Assembly (NCBI GenBank): GCA_963699755.1
Contig: CAVOVB010000003.1
Location: 384,001 to 448,000 of the forward strand
Length of the DNA: 64,000 nucleotides
From: an uncultured delta proteobacterium
GTDB lineage: Bacteria; Myxococcota_A; Polyangia; Polyangiales; Houyiibacteriaceae
Reading direction: 5' to 3'
The translations under genes were made by a program, and so were the position numbers. The stretch's first letter is position 1; every line of letters begins with the position of its first letter. Below the pieces are notes generated by a model that made no database searches, was not told where the DNA came from, and worked only from the letters and a program-made list of their open reading frames with translations. Below are positions 50,985 through 62,200 of the stretch, in pieces.

Positions 50985-52949
50985 TCAGTCACACGCGGGC
51001 GGCTGCCACGGTAGCGGTGGCGGGTCCGGAAGGTTGGGGTCCATAGCCAGGATCAAATAGAACAATGAGAAGAACGACGCATCGTCCGGATCATTGTTCT
51101 CGTAGCAGTTGCCGTGGAACGGCGTCAGGTCGTCCGCGTCCTGCTCGGGGAACGGCGGAATCGGGAACCCCAACTCCGTCAGGTCCCAGGGCACCGTGAG
51201 CAAAGACAGATCCGCGGCGAAGAATCCGAACGGTGGAGGCGGCGGGTTGCCGGAGTTGTTGACGAGCACGTTGCTCTCGACGCGATTTCGATTCGACGAT
51301 TGATCGTAGAGGAACTCGATCGAAATGTCGGGGTCTGCCGCGCAATTGAAGTTCTCGAACCCTTCCGTGACGGCGCAGTAGTCCGCAATTGCGATCCCGA
51401 CGTACTCGTTGTTTTCCACGAGGTTCCCTTGGATCAGAGAGTCGTCCACGCCCAAGTAGAGGATGCCGATCCCCTTGGGGATCAACGAGAGAATCGAACC
51501 CGGCCGGGCCGTATTCTCCTTGTTGTTGTCGTGGATCCAGTTGTTCACGATATCGATGCGTTTGGCGCTCTTCCGGCCTTCGTCATCAAAGATGTCCGGC
51601 AGAAGGAGAATCGCGGCGCCGACCGTGTTGTTTCGCATCTCGTTGTTCATCAGGAGGATGTCGTCGCTGTTCGACACCTCGATGCCGTTGACGCTGTTCT
51701 CGACGACGTTGTTGATCACCAGAACGTGCTCGGAGGTTTCGACCCAGAGCGCGCTGTCCAAGTCGGAGCCCGTCGAGTAGCTGTTGCGGACGATCCCGTT
51801 TCTCGAGAGCACGGGGAAGATCCCGTAGTTGCGGTTGTTGATTGACGTCACGTCATCGAACACGAAGCCGTCGACGTGCCGGGTGAAGATCCCGTTGTTC
51901 GAAAAGCCGTCGATGGTGATGCTTTCGACCTCGATATCGTAGAGCCAGGGATCACCGGTCGGATCGACGATCGGTACGTCCGGAAACAGAGGGAATGGTG
52001 GTGCCATGTCCGTGTGACAGCCCATGCAGTCGGTGTGCTCGACCTCTCTTCCCAGGGGTTGGGCCGCTGCCGGAACTTCCGGTGCCACGATGGCGATTCC
52101 ATTGCGCTGACCGTTTGTGCTCTTGAGGATCACGCGCTTGTTCTTGTTGCTTTGCCCGACCAGGTGGATGCCGCTCTTGGTAATGTTGAGCCCATTCGTC
52201 GGGTTGCAGGGTTCCTCGTAGACGCCACCGTGAACAAAGATCCGGGTGCCCGGCTGCGCACGGTCGATCGCCTCCTGAATCGACTGGCCCGGCTTGACGA
52301 CGATCGTACCGCGCTCGAACTGGCCGGGCGGTATCCTCTCATGGCCGGGGTCGCAGTCGACGCCGCCCGTGCCGCCGGTGCCTCCGACGCCGCCCGTGCC
52401 ACCGGTTCCACCGGTACCACCGGTACCACCGGTACCACCGGTGCCACCGGTTCCACCGGTTCCACCGGTTCCACTCGGATCGTATGGCTCGAGCCCCGGG
52501 AACGGAGGCTGGTTGAACACGTCGCCCGTATCAGAAAAGATCGTGTTCGTGTCTAGCGCAGTCCAGCCCGGCTGGGTGCTCGCGTTGATCTCCGTGATGT
52601 TATCGTTCGCGCCAGGGTCCATGTCGGAGTCCACGCCCTCGATGCAGGCGAAGGCCTCATCGAGGCTGATGTTGCCATCCGGTGTGGAACCGTCGGCGCC
52701 GTCACAGTTCGGGTCGCCGATCGCCAGACGGATGTCCCAACCGTATCCGTTCCAAGAGGGAGGTTGGGTATTGAAGTGGCATAGCTGACAGTTCGCATTA
52801 GCCGGAATGGGGCCGTAAAAGCCCGTCCAGGCGTTCCGTATCGTGGAGTTCGCGCTCATCGGCGAAGGGCTGAGAAGCGAGACCGCAAGTGCCGCGCCCA
52901 GGACGAGGGCGCAAGACATCCACGGCCTAGTGAAAACGGATCTGCCCAT
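50985..52949 (-). CDS. Secreted parallel beta-helix protein with two CxxCH heme c motifs
   Basis: SD GGGAG; signal peptide; CQLCH; (GGT)n linker; SIQEAID.AQPG; CMGCH; YGIFPV..S..NN.V..GIEVSNS repeats. Confidence 0.85.
   Translation of the reverse strand: MGRSVFTRPWMSCALVLGAALAVSLLSPSPMSANSTIRNAWTGFYGPIPANANCQLCHFNTQPPSWNGYGWDIRLAIGDPNCDGADGSTPDGNISLDEAFACIEGVDSDMDPGANDNITEINASTQPGWTALDTNTIFSDTGDVFNQPPFPGLEPYDPSGTGGTGGTGGTGGTGGTGGTGGTGGTGGVGGTGGTGGVDCDPGHERIPPGQFERGTIVVKPGQSIQEAIDRAQPGTRIFVHGGVYEEPCNPTNGLNITKSGIHLVGQSNKNKRVILKSTNGQRNGIAIVAPEVPAAAQPLGREVEHTDCMGCHTDMAPPFPLFPDVPIVDPTGDPWLYDIEVESITIDGFSNNGIFTRHVDGFVFDDVTSINNRNYGIFPVLSRNGIVRNSYSTGSDLDSALWVETSEHVLVINNVVENSVNGIEVSNSDDILLMNNEMRNNTVGAAILLLPDIFDDEGRKSAKRIDIVNNWIHDNNKENTARPGSILSLIPKGIGILYLGVDDSLIQGNLVENNEYVGIAIADYCAVTEGFENFNCAADPDISIEFLYDQSSNRNRVESNVLVNNSGNPPPPPFGFFAADLSLLTVPWDLTELGFPIPPFPEQDADDLTPFHGNCYENNDPDDASFFSLFYLILAMDPNLPDPPPLPWQPPACD
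52362..52472 (-). repeat. 9-bp tandem repeat encoding a (GGT)n linker
   Basis: (CCACCGGTN)n on the plus strand, about 12 units, degenerate at the left end. Confidence 0.9.
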
Positions 52950-52974
52950 GATGAACTCCCATCTGCAGCGAGTG

Positions 52975-52990
52975 GCTGGCGGCGTGCCAA
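52975..52990 (-). promoter_or_regulatory. sigma54-like -24/-12 promoter
   Basis: TTGGCACGCCGCCAGC (GG-N10-GC), 25 nt upstream of ATG 52949. Confidence 0.45.
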
Positions 52991-53089
52991 TGACCGACGC
53001 GTGCGAAGCGATCGAGTACCATGACGCCACCGATACAATCAATGGTCAGATCCGGACTCACGTATCAAGATTGAACCGAACAGTAGCGC

Positions 53090-54349
53090 CTACGCGGCGA
53101 AGAAGCGCTTCATGACGTCGATCATTTTCGGTACGTCGGCGGCGGCGGCGACTTCGCGACAGGAGTGCATGGAGAGCATCGGGTTGCCGGCGTCGACCGT
53201 CCGAATGCCGAGCTCGGCAGCGGTGATCGGGCCGATAGTGCTGCCGCAGCCGAGATCGGAGCGAACGACGAAGCGCTGCGTGGTCACGTCGGCCTCGCGT
53301 GCCCAGCGTTCGAAGCTCGCCCAGCTTTCGCCGTCGGTGGCGTACCGCTGATTGACGTTGACCTTCACGACCGGGCCGCCGCCCAGGACAGGTTGGTGCT
53401 GGGGCTCGTGAAGGTCGGCGTAGTTCGGGTGAACCGCGTGAGACATATCGGCCGAGATCAAGAACGACTTGGCGATGGCGCGGTGGTAGGCCTCGGTCGA
53501 ATCGCCGCAGAGTCGCTGCAAGCAGCTTCGCAAGAAGTCCGACGCTGCGCCCTGTGCGCTTCGGCTCCCGACCTCTTCATGATCGTAGAGAACGATTCCT
53601 CGGCTGATCTCGGTTTCGCGTTCGGAGGCGAGCAGGGCGCTCAGGCATGCGTGACAGCTCGCGAGGTTGTCGATGCGGGCGGCGTGGATAAACTCCCGGT
53701 TCACGCCGCTACGCGTTCCGGGCTGTAGGTCGTACGCCATCAAGTCCCAGGCGATCACGTCGCTTGCATCGACGTCGCCCAGCTCTTTGGCCAGCAAGGC
53801 CCGGAGGTCCAATTCGCCGAGGTCGCTCAGGGCAACGATGGGCGCCATGTGCTTTTGCGCGTTCACCTGCAAGCCCTCGCTGTTTACCTTGCGGTTCAAA
53901 TGAATCGCCAGCGATGGAATTCGGAGGAGCTCGCGTCGGAAGTCGACGAGCCTCGCGTTGCCATTCGCGAGCGAGACACGCCCTGCAAGCGAAAGGTCGC
54001 GATCGAGCCAGGTGTGTAACAGGACCGCGCCGTACGGCGCGACGCCAAGCTGCCCGTACCCTGCGTTCTGGAGCTCGGGGTTCGGCTTGACCCGAAGGTT
54101 GGGCGAATCGCTGTGTGCGCCGACGAGATGAAAGCCCGCTTCGTGGGCCGGGGCGCTCCCGAGGTGAAATGCCGCGACGGAAGCTCCGCCCCTGACCACA
54201 TACACCTTGTCTACGGGTTTGACTTCCCAGACCTCGCCTTCATCGAGACGGCGATAGCCCCGAGCTTCGAGGCGCGCGACGGTTTCGGCTACCGCGTGGA
54301 ACGGGGTTGGGGACCTGTTGATGAATGCGAGGAGATCTTGAACTGGCAC
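53090..54349 (-). CDS. M18 family (aspartyl) aminopeptidase
   Basis: SPTPFHAV, GAHSDSP, TWLDRDL, RIDNLASC, DHEEVGS, SADMSHAVHPNY, CGSTIGP, LSMHSCRE. Confidence 0.95.
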   Translation of the reverse strand: MPVQDLLAFINRSPTPFHAVAETVARLEARGYRRLDEGEVWEVKPVDKVYVVRGGASVAAFHLGSAPAHEAGFHLVGAHSDSPNLRVKPNPELQNAGYGQLGVAPYGAVLLHTWLDRDLSLAGRVSLANGNARLVDFRRELLRIPSLAIHLNRKVNSEGLQVNAQKHMAPIVALSDLGELDLRALLAKELGDVDASDVIAWDLMAYDLQPGTRSGVNREFIHAARIDNLASCHACLSALLASERETEISRGIVLYDHEEVGSRSAQGAASDFLRSCLQRLCGDSTEAYHRAIAKSFLISADMSHAVHPNYADLHEPQHQPVLGGGPVVKVNVNQRYATDGESWASFERWAREADVTTQRFVVRSDLGCGSTIGPITAAELGIRTVDAGNPMLSMHSCREVAAAADVPKMIDVMKRFFAA

Positions 54350-54358
54350 GTGCTTCCT

Positions 54359-55279
54359 TTACCTCGCAAGCGAGCGGACGCCGGCGCGGTGCACCTTGCC
54401 CGGTAGCTCTCGGCCTACGATGGCCTCGGCGACCTGGCCGGCTTGCCAGAGCTTCTCGAGGTCGATTCCGGTTTCGATACCCATGCCGTGCAGGGTGTAC
54501 ACCAAGTCCTCCGTCGCGAGATTGCCGGCTGCGCCTGGCGCGTAGGGACAGCCGCCAAGGCCAGCCACCGAGGCATCGAAGGTGGTGATGCCAGCCTGCA
54601 GGCCAACGAGCACGTTGGCGAGCGCGGTCCCGCGGGTGTCGTGCAGGTGAAGGGCGATCTGCTCCAGCCGAAGCTCCGAGAGGAAAAGCTCGAGAATCTG
54701 CTCTGTTTGAACCGGCGTGCCGACGCCGATTGTGTCGCCTAGCGAAACTTGATAGCAGCCCGCGCCGAGCAAGCGCTTCGCCAGCTCCAAGCCGCGCTGT
54801 GGGTCGACGTGACCCTCGTAGGGGCAACCCCACATCGTCGAAACGTAACCTCGAACGCTGAGCCCAGCATTGACGGCAGGCCCGATGACCGGCTCGAACC
54901 CCTTCAGGGTTTGATCGATCGTCTTGTTGACGTTCTTGTTGTTGTGGGTCTGGCTCGCGCTCACGAACACAGCGATTTCGTCGACCTTCGCAGCGAGTGC
55001 GCGATCGAGGCCGCGCGCGTTGGGGCAGAGGGCGGCGTAGGTCACGCCCGGCCGACGCTCGATCATGGTGCAGACCTCGTCCGCGTCGGCCATCTGAGGC
55101 ACCCATTTCGGGGCGACGAAGCTCCCAACCTCGATGCGTCTGATACCGGCATCGACGAGGGCTTCGATCAGCCTGACTTTCGCATGGGTGGCCACCTGGG
55201 CGCTCTCGTTCTGCAGGCCGTCCCGAGGGGATACCTCGTAGATGGAAACGCGGCGCGGGAGCTTCGAGGAGGGGGCCAT
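54359..55279 (-). CDS. Hydroxymethylglutaryl-CoA lyase
   Basis: EVSPRDGLQNE, SFVAPKWVPQMAD, LGDTIG, HLHDTRG, GLGGCPYAPGA.GNLATED. Confidence 0.95.
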   Translation of the reverse strand: MAPSSKLPRRVSIYEVSPRDGLQNESAQVATHAKVRLIEALVDAGIRRIEVGSFVAPKWVPQMADADEVCTMIERRPGVTYAALCPNARGLDRALAAKVDEIAVFVSASQTHNNKNVNKTIDQTLKGFEPVIGPAVNAGLSVRGYVSTMWGCPYEGHVDPQRGLELAKRLLGAGCYQVSLGDTIGVGTPVQTEQILELFLSELRLEQIALHLHDTRGTALANVLVGLQAGITTFDASVAGLGGCPYAPGAAGNLATEDLVYTLHGMGIETGIDLEKLWQAGQVAEAIVGRELPGKVHRAGVRSLAR

Positions 55280-55376
55280 ATCTTTCCTCTACTGCGCCTC
55301 GGGCCTCGTGAAAAGCCGTTGCAGGTCGGATAGAGACCTGGCCCCTGCCACCGATTTGGTAGATACTCCGGCCGCC

Positions 55377-56069
55377 ATGGCCACTTTGACCGCCTTGATG
55401 CTCGCTACGCCCCTCTTTGGTCTGTCCTTGCACATCGACCCATCGATGCTCGAAGCCCCGTCGGCCGCGATCGAGCCGAGCGTGGTCCTGGCGATGGAGG
55501 TCTCCACGGACCTAGGAGAGCCGAGCGAACCGAGCACCGCCGACCTGGTTCGGAAGCGCAACAAGATCAAGAAGATCCACAAGTGGTTCGGGGTCGCCAC
55601 TTGGTCGCTGATGACATTGTCGGTCGCTTCGGGATTCATCCAGTTCCACAACCAATACGGATGGTGGCAGAGCCAGGCGACCAACCCCTGCGTCCAAGGG
55701 AACGCGATTTTCACCCAAGATGCGTGCAGCGGGGTGCCGACCGCGCACGTGACGCTCATCGCGCTCACATCCGCTGCCTACTTCACTACTTTTGGGCTTT
55801 CGTTTGCCATGCCGGACCCGCTCAAAGTGAGCGAAGGCAATAGCGATTTCGCCAGGAAGCTCCGAACACACAAGGTGCTCCGCTGGGTCACGTTCGCGGG
55901 AATGATCGCCCAGATCGGCCTCGGGGTTGTCTCGGCGAATTCCGAGCGCTTCGGCCTCGATCGGGCCAACGACTACAAAGCCGTGCGCGGGATTGCGACC
56001 GCTCACCTGGCGGTCAGCCTGGTGACCTACGGCGCCCTGACCTGGGCTGGCGCGATCATGATCTTCTGA
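55377..56069 (+). CDS. Hypothetical 4-TM membrane protein with one His per helix
   Basis: Four hydrophobic helices starting IHKW, AHVT, THKV, AHLA. Confidence 0.75.
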   Translation: MATLTALMLATPLFGLSLHIDPSMLEAPSAAIEPSVVLAMEVSTDLGEPSEPSTADLVRKRNKIKKIHKWFGVATWSLMTLSVASGFIQFHNQYGWWQSQATNPCVQGNAIFTQDACSGVPTAHVTLIALTSAAYFTTFGLSFAMPDPLKVSEGNSDFARKLRTHKVLRWVTFAGMIAQIGLGVVSANSERFGLDRANDYKAVRGIATAHLAVSLVTYGALTWAGAIMIF

Positions 56070-56120
56070 GAGCAGCCTCACCAAGCTCCGCTTTCCACAG
56101 AATTTCTCTGAAATCGGAGC

Positions 56121-56150
56121 TTGCCCATCCGATCGTCCCGCCGCTAACAT
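56121..56150 (+). promoter_or_regulatory. sigma70-like promoter of the giant TPR gene
   Basis: TTGCCC-N18-TAACAT. Confidence 0.45.
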
Positions 56151-56265
56151 GAGAGCATACCTGCGCTGTGGGGACCTTAGGTCGCAGGATCCTTTTGCTT
56201 TTGGGGGTTTCATGAGATCACCGAAGGGTGCAAAAATCCTTTCGAATCGGCGCGCGGCGACGGAG

Positions 56266-59200
56266 ATGACCGAGCAGACCTTGGCCAAGTACCTGGGCCG
56301 TCTATGGAAGGACCCATACGACACGGACCTCATCGAGGGCCTCCGCGAATTGCTGAAGAGTCCTCTGCCCGCCAACGACGACCAGGACCCGCTCCGACTG
56401 CTCGAGGCAGCGCGCGGAGGGCACGAGCGGCGCGGTGAATTTTTGGCGGCTTCGTGGTTGATGGAGCTCGAGACCGAGCTGGTTTCTGACGATCCCGATT
56501 TTCAGAAGGTCCTGGTCAAAGAGCTCGGCCGGGTGCGTCGTGACGAGCTGATGGACGACCGTGGCGCTCTGGTTGCCTTCGAGAAGCTCGGCGGACTCCA
56601 ATCCGATGACCCTGAAGTCGCCCAAGCGGTGGATCAGATTCAGCAGGTCGAGGAGAAGTGGGCGGAGGTTGCGCGCCGCTTCATCGAAGAAGCCCGCGAT
56701 GCCGCGGATCGACGGCTCAAGACTTCCTTGCTCAGCCGCGCTGCGTCCTTGATGTGGCAGTACGGCGGCGACGCAGCCGTCGAGGAAGCCGATCTGATCT
56801 TCGATGAAGCGTTGGCCGCCGATCCATCGCACATGCCCACGGCGCGCCAGTATGCGTTGAGCCTTCGCGCACGCGGCCGATGGGACGACGTGGTGTCGGT
56901 GTTCATTCGCGCAGCCAAGGCGGCACGTACACGCGAGGAAAAGGCGAGCGCCTGGCTCCAGGCGGCGCGCGTGCTCCGGAGCCCGCTCGACGAGACAGAG
57001 CGCGCTGCCGATGCCTACCGCAAGGTCTTGAAGCTTTCGCCCACCGACGAAGAGGCGCTGGGCGCGCTGGTCGAACACTATACCGAGATCGAGGCGTGGG
57101 ACGAGCTCGCGGAGATGTACGAAAGCGCGCTTCGCTCGCGGCAGAAGCTCGAAGCGGAGAAGGGCATGCTGCTCCAGCTGGCGATGGTCCATTGGCGCTG
57201 TCGCGAGGACCCCGAGTCGGCGGAGCCATTCTTTGCACGCCTTCGAAAGATCGATGCGGCTCACCCGGGCATGCTGGACTTCTACCGGGGCCAAATTGGA
57301 GACGAGGATCCAAAAGGCCGCTTCTTGACGATCCTAGGGGATGCACTTCGGACCACGACGGAGCAGAAGCAGCAGCTCGCCTTGGCGCGAGAGCTCGGCC
57401 ACCGAGCGCAGCTCGCCGACCGACCCGAGCGTGCTCTGGAAGCCTGGAAGCTGGTGGAACGGCTGGCGCCCGACGACGTCGATGCGCGCGCCGCACTTCA
57501 GCAGCTCTACCAGCATAGCGGCAAGTGGAACGCTCTGTCCGAGTCCATTCGCGGCGAGATCGAAGCCCTCTCGGTCGAAGCAAAGGAAGAGAAGCTGCGT
57601 CTGTTCCGCGATCTGATCCCGATCTATCGTGACGCGCTCCAGCTCGATTCGATGTTGATCCAAGTCTACGGGGAGATCCTGTCGCTCTCCCCCTCTGATG
57701 CCGAGGCGCTGAGCGCCTTGGCGAAGCTCTACGAAGACACCGGAAGATGGAACGAGCTGATCCAGATTCTCGATCGCCAGGCCGAGGTTGCCGAGGACTC
57801 GGCGGCAAAGGTTGCGCTCTACATGCGCATCGCAGGCCTTTGGCTGGAACGTTTTGGCAACCTGAAGCAAGCGACGAGACCGCTCGAGCGAGTCCTCCGG
57901 CTGCAACCTGCGCACGACGATGCCATTGCACAGCTCAAAGACATCTACACGAAGAAGCGCAATTGGGAAGCCCTGCTCGGGATCCTGGGCCGCGAAGCTG
58001 AGCTCGCGGCCGATCCCGCGGAGCGTCTCGAAAAGAAGACCGAAATGGCGCAGCTCTGCACCGAGCGGCTGCACCAGAACGCTACCGCAATCACGCTCTG
58101 GAAAGAGATCCTAGACGAAGCAGCTGACCCAGCACAGGCGCTAGACGCGCTCGAAAAGCTCGCGGAGCGCGAGAAGGACTGGGAGACGCTCGCCACTGTC
58201 GTGCAGATCCGCGCAGAGGGCGCAAGCGGCGACTCCGAACAGCTCGAGCACCTGCACCGGCTCGGGACCTTGTTCATGGAGCGGCTCGAGCGCCCCGCCG
58301 ACGCCATTTCGATTTGGGAGCGCGTGCTCGAGCTCGAACCGGACAACAGCCGTGTTCGGCGAATGTTGAAGGACGCGTACCTGACCCAGGGCGATTGGGA
58401 ATCCTTGGAGGGGCTCTTCCAAGAAACGGAAGACTGGACGGGCTTTGCGGAGCTCCTTGGGCAGACCGCCGAGCGAGCCGAGGAGCCGGAGTCGATCGTG
58501 CAGTTGAGCCTTCGCGCTGCGGAGCTCTACGAAGATCGCGTTGGTGATCTGCACCGCGCCGCGCGCTACTACGAACGTGCGCTCTCGACCGACCCCACGA
58601 ACTTGCAAGCGGCCACAGGGCTCGTGCCGATCTACGAGAAGGAACACAACTGGCCGGACTACGCGAAGAGCCTCGAGGTCGTCGTGTCAGCCACGGACAA
58701 GAGCGAGGGCCTGGACGTTCGGCTCCAACGCCTGCTGTCGCTTCGTAGCGTCCACTTGAACCATCTCCGTGATCCGGAAGCCTCGTTGGGATGGGCCACG
58801 CGAGCGTATCTCCTGGCGCCTTCCGATCCGTCGGTCGTCGCAGGGCTCGAAGAATCGGCCGAGGCGTCGGGCGCTTACGCGGACCTCGTCGCCTTGTTTC
58901 GCGATCGACTGGACACAGCCTCGGTTTCGGATGCCGAACGCCTGGATCTGCAGCGCCGGATCGCGTCCATCGCAGGCGAACGGCTCGGCGAGTCGGAGGA
59001 ATCAATTCGGCAACTCGAAGCGATCCTGGAAGTCGTCCCCGACGATGCTGAGGCGATGGCCGTGCTGGATCGGCTGTATCGAGCCGAACGCCGATTCGCC
59101 GACTTGCGTGCGCTCTATGAGCGCCGCCTCAAGAACGTGGCCGATCCCTCGGAGCTGTGGGTCCTTCTCAATGAAGTCGCGCAGGTCGAAGAGGAGAAGC

Positions 59201-62200
59201 TAGGAGACCTTCCCGCGGCCGCGGAGCGCCACTGGAACATCCTCGAGAACAATCCGCACGACGTAGACGCCTTACGCGCGGTGGAACGTCTCTCGCAGCA
59301 ACTCAAGCAGTGGGATCGCTTGGACGCGGCGCTTACGCGACGTCTGCAATCGAAGGTAGGCGACGAGGACCGGCTTTCGATCTATCTGCAGCTCGCGGAT
59401 CTGCGACGGATCTATCTCGACGACGCGGTCGGTGCGCTCGAGTGCTACCGCAACGCCTTGGCGCTCGACGGTCGGAATGAAGTTGCGATCGGTGGCCTCG
59501 AAGTGCTCTCAGCAGAGGGAGGCAACCTTGGCGCTGAAGCGATCGATCTCCTCGAGCCCGCGTATGCCAAACGGGGGCATTTCGCGAAGCTCGCGGGGCT
59601 ATTGCGCGCGCGACTCGAAAGGTCGAAAGACGCCGAGGAGCGACGGAAGCTGAAACTGCGACTGGCGGACCTATCCACCTCGGAGCTCGACGACGCGTCG
59701 GGCGCCTATGATGCGCTCGAGTCCGTGTTCATCGACAACGCCGATGACCTGGCTTTGCTCGACCGCTTGTCAGGGGTCGCGGAGGCGTCGGCCCAACAGG
59801 AAGCCCTGGCGAAAGCCTTGGTGCTCGTGCTCGATGCGGGTGAGGTTCGGGGTGACGTCGAGCTGACGATCTGCCGACGCGCCGCCGATCTCTACGATGT
59901 GGCACTCGGCGCCCCAGAAGAGGGGGCGCGCTTTCACCGCCGTATTCTGGAAGCCGAGCCGGACGATGCCGCCGCGTTCGCAGCGCTGAAGCAAGTCTAC
60001 ACCAAGCACGAGCAGTGGAACGAGCTGCGTGCGCTCTACCAGGGGCGGATCGAGGCCAGCACCGACGCGGCCGGGAGGCTCGACTTGCTTCTCCAGCTTT
60101 GTTTTCTGTTCGAGGAAATCCTCGACGAGCCCGAGCATGCGATCTCGAGCTACGAGCAGGCGCTCGAGCTCGACCCGACCCACACCCCATCGCGCCGGGC
60201 GTTGCAACGGCTCTACGGCCGCCTGGGGCGTTGGCCGGAGCTCGCCGAGCTTCTTCGGCGCGACCTAGACGAGGCCACAGGACAGGAAGCGGTCGATCTC
60301 GCCTACGAGCTGGGCACCATTTACGAGACGCGTCTGGCTCGGCCTGTCGACGCCGTCGACCACTTCGAGCTCGTATTGGAGTCGAGCCCGACCCATCTTC
60401 GCGCCCAGGAGGCGCTCGAGCGGCTGATGAGCCATCCCGATCAGCGGCAGCGCGCGGCCTCGATCCTGCAGCCCATCTTCGAATCTCAGGGGGCCTGGGG
60501 TGAGCTTTCCAAGGTCTTTGAGGTGCAGCTCGAGGACCTGAGCGATCCAACCACCCGCGCCGCGCAACTCGTGCGCATCGGTGAGCTCAGCGAGACCAAG
60601 CTCCGCGACGACGAGCTCGCGTTCGACGCCTACGCCCGCGCCGTTCGTGAGGATGTCGCTGATGGGGCTGCGCGATCGGATTTGGCGCGGCTCGCCTCGA
60701 AGCTCAGACGTCATCGTCAGCGCGCCGAATTGCTCGAAGCAGGCCTCGCCTCCGTCAGTGAGGACTTCGTCAAGGTCGAGCTTCTCCTCGAGCTCGCCGA
60801 GCTCTGGGACGTGTCGGAGCCCGAGCCCGAGCAGGCGGAGCGAACCTATCGGCAGCTCATCGAGATGGAGCGCGACAATCCCGAAATCGTTCTCAAGGCG
60901 TCACGCGCCCTCGAGCGCCTTCACGCGGCATCCGAGGACCATGCCGCCCTTGCACAGGATCTTCGCCTCCAGCTTCAGTTCGAAGAAGAACCGGCACGGC
61001 GCGACGAGCTCTATCCAAAGCTCGCCGAGCTTCTCGAAACGAGCTTGGACGATCCGGACGCCGCGATCTCAGTTCACCAGGCGCGCCTCGAAAACGACCC
61101 GACCCAGGCCGATGCCCTCACCGCCCTCGAGCGCCTCTACGAGCAGCAGGCGCGCTGGGAGCCCTTGGTCGAGGTGCTCGAGCGCCGCAGCGAGCTCAGC
61201 GACGACGAGGAGGAGCAGCTGAGTCTCGCGCGCCGCGTGGGCGAGGTTTACGAAAAGCGGCTTGGCAGCGTCGAGAAAGCGATCCGCGCCCATCGCGATG
61301 TGGTTTCGCGCTTCGGTTCCGACGAAGCGAGCTTGGCCGCGCTCACGCGACTCTACAAACAGACGGAACGTTGGCAGGAGCTCCTCGAAATCACCGAGAT
61401 GCGAGCCGAGGACAGCGATGTCGCCGAGCAACGCACGGCCTTTAAGTTCGAGGCAGCCGAGCTCATGCGCAAGCAAACCGCCGAGGTCGAACGAGCCTTC
61501 GAGATCTACCGAGAGATCCTCGAATCCGTGCCGGGGCATTCGCCCAGCGTGGCTGCGCTCGAAGAGCTTGCGGCCGGTTCGGATGAGCGACTAGGAGTCG
61601 CTGCGGCCACCCGGCTGCTCGAGCAGTATCAAACCGACGGCCGCCATGCCGATCAGATTCGAATGTTGGAGATCGTGGCAGCTGGGGACGAGCCGAGCGA
61701 ACGGGCGCGTGCTTTGTTGCGTGCTGCCGAGATTAGCGAAGGGGGTACCCAAGACATCGACGCAGCATTCGAGTTTACGGGACGCGCGCTCCGCGAAGGG
61801 GTCGACCTCGACGATATCGAACGCGTGCTTGGTGACTACGAACGTCACGCTGAGTCCACCGGACGCTTCTCCGAGCTCACGGTTACGCTGGCAAAGGTTG
61901 CAGCCGAGCTACTCGACGCGGATTTGCGAAGCCGGTTACGGATGCGGGCGGCGAAGATCGCGGAGGAGCGTCTGGGAGATGCGGACTTCGCGAGGGCTCA
62001 GTACCAGCGTGTCCTCGAGGAGCAACCCGACCATCGGGGAGCGCTCGATTCGCTCTTGGCGCTGGTGGAGAACGCGGGGGCGATCGACGACCTGGTCGAT
62101 CTCCTGCGACGCAAGGCGGAGCTCTGCGAAGATCACGAAGAGCGAGCAGCACTGCTGGTGCGGCAGGCACACCTCTACCAGAGCGAGCTTCATGATCCGG

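Noticed and set aside
52362..52472. Tandem repeat as a CRISPR array or contingency locus
   Set aside because: 9-bp in-frame units with varying third codon positions and no spacers; it encodes a Gly-Thr linker.
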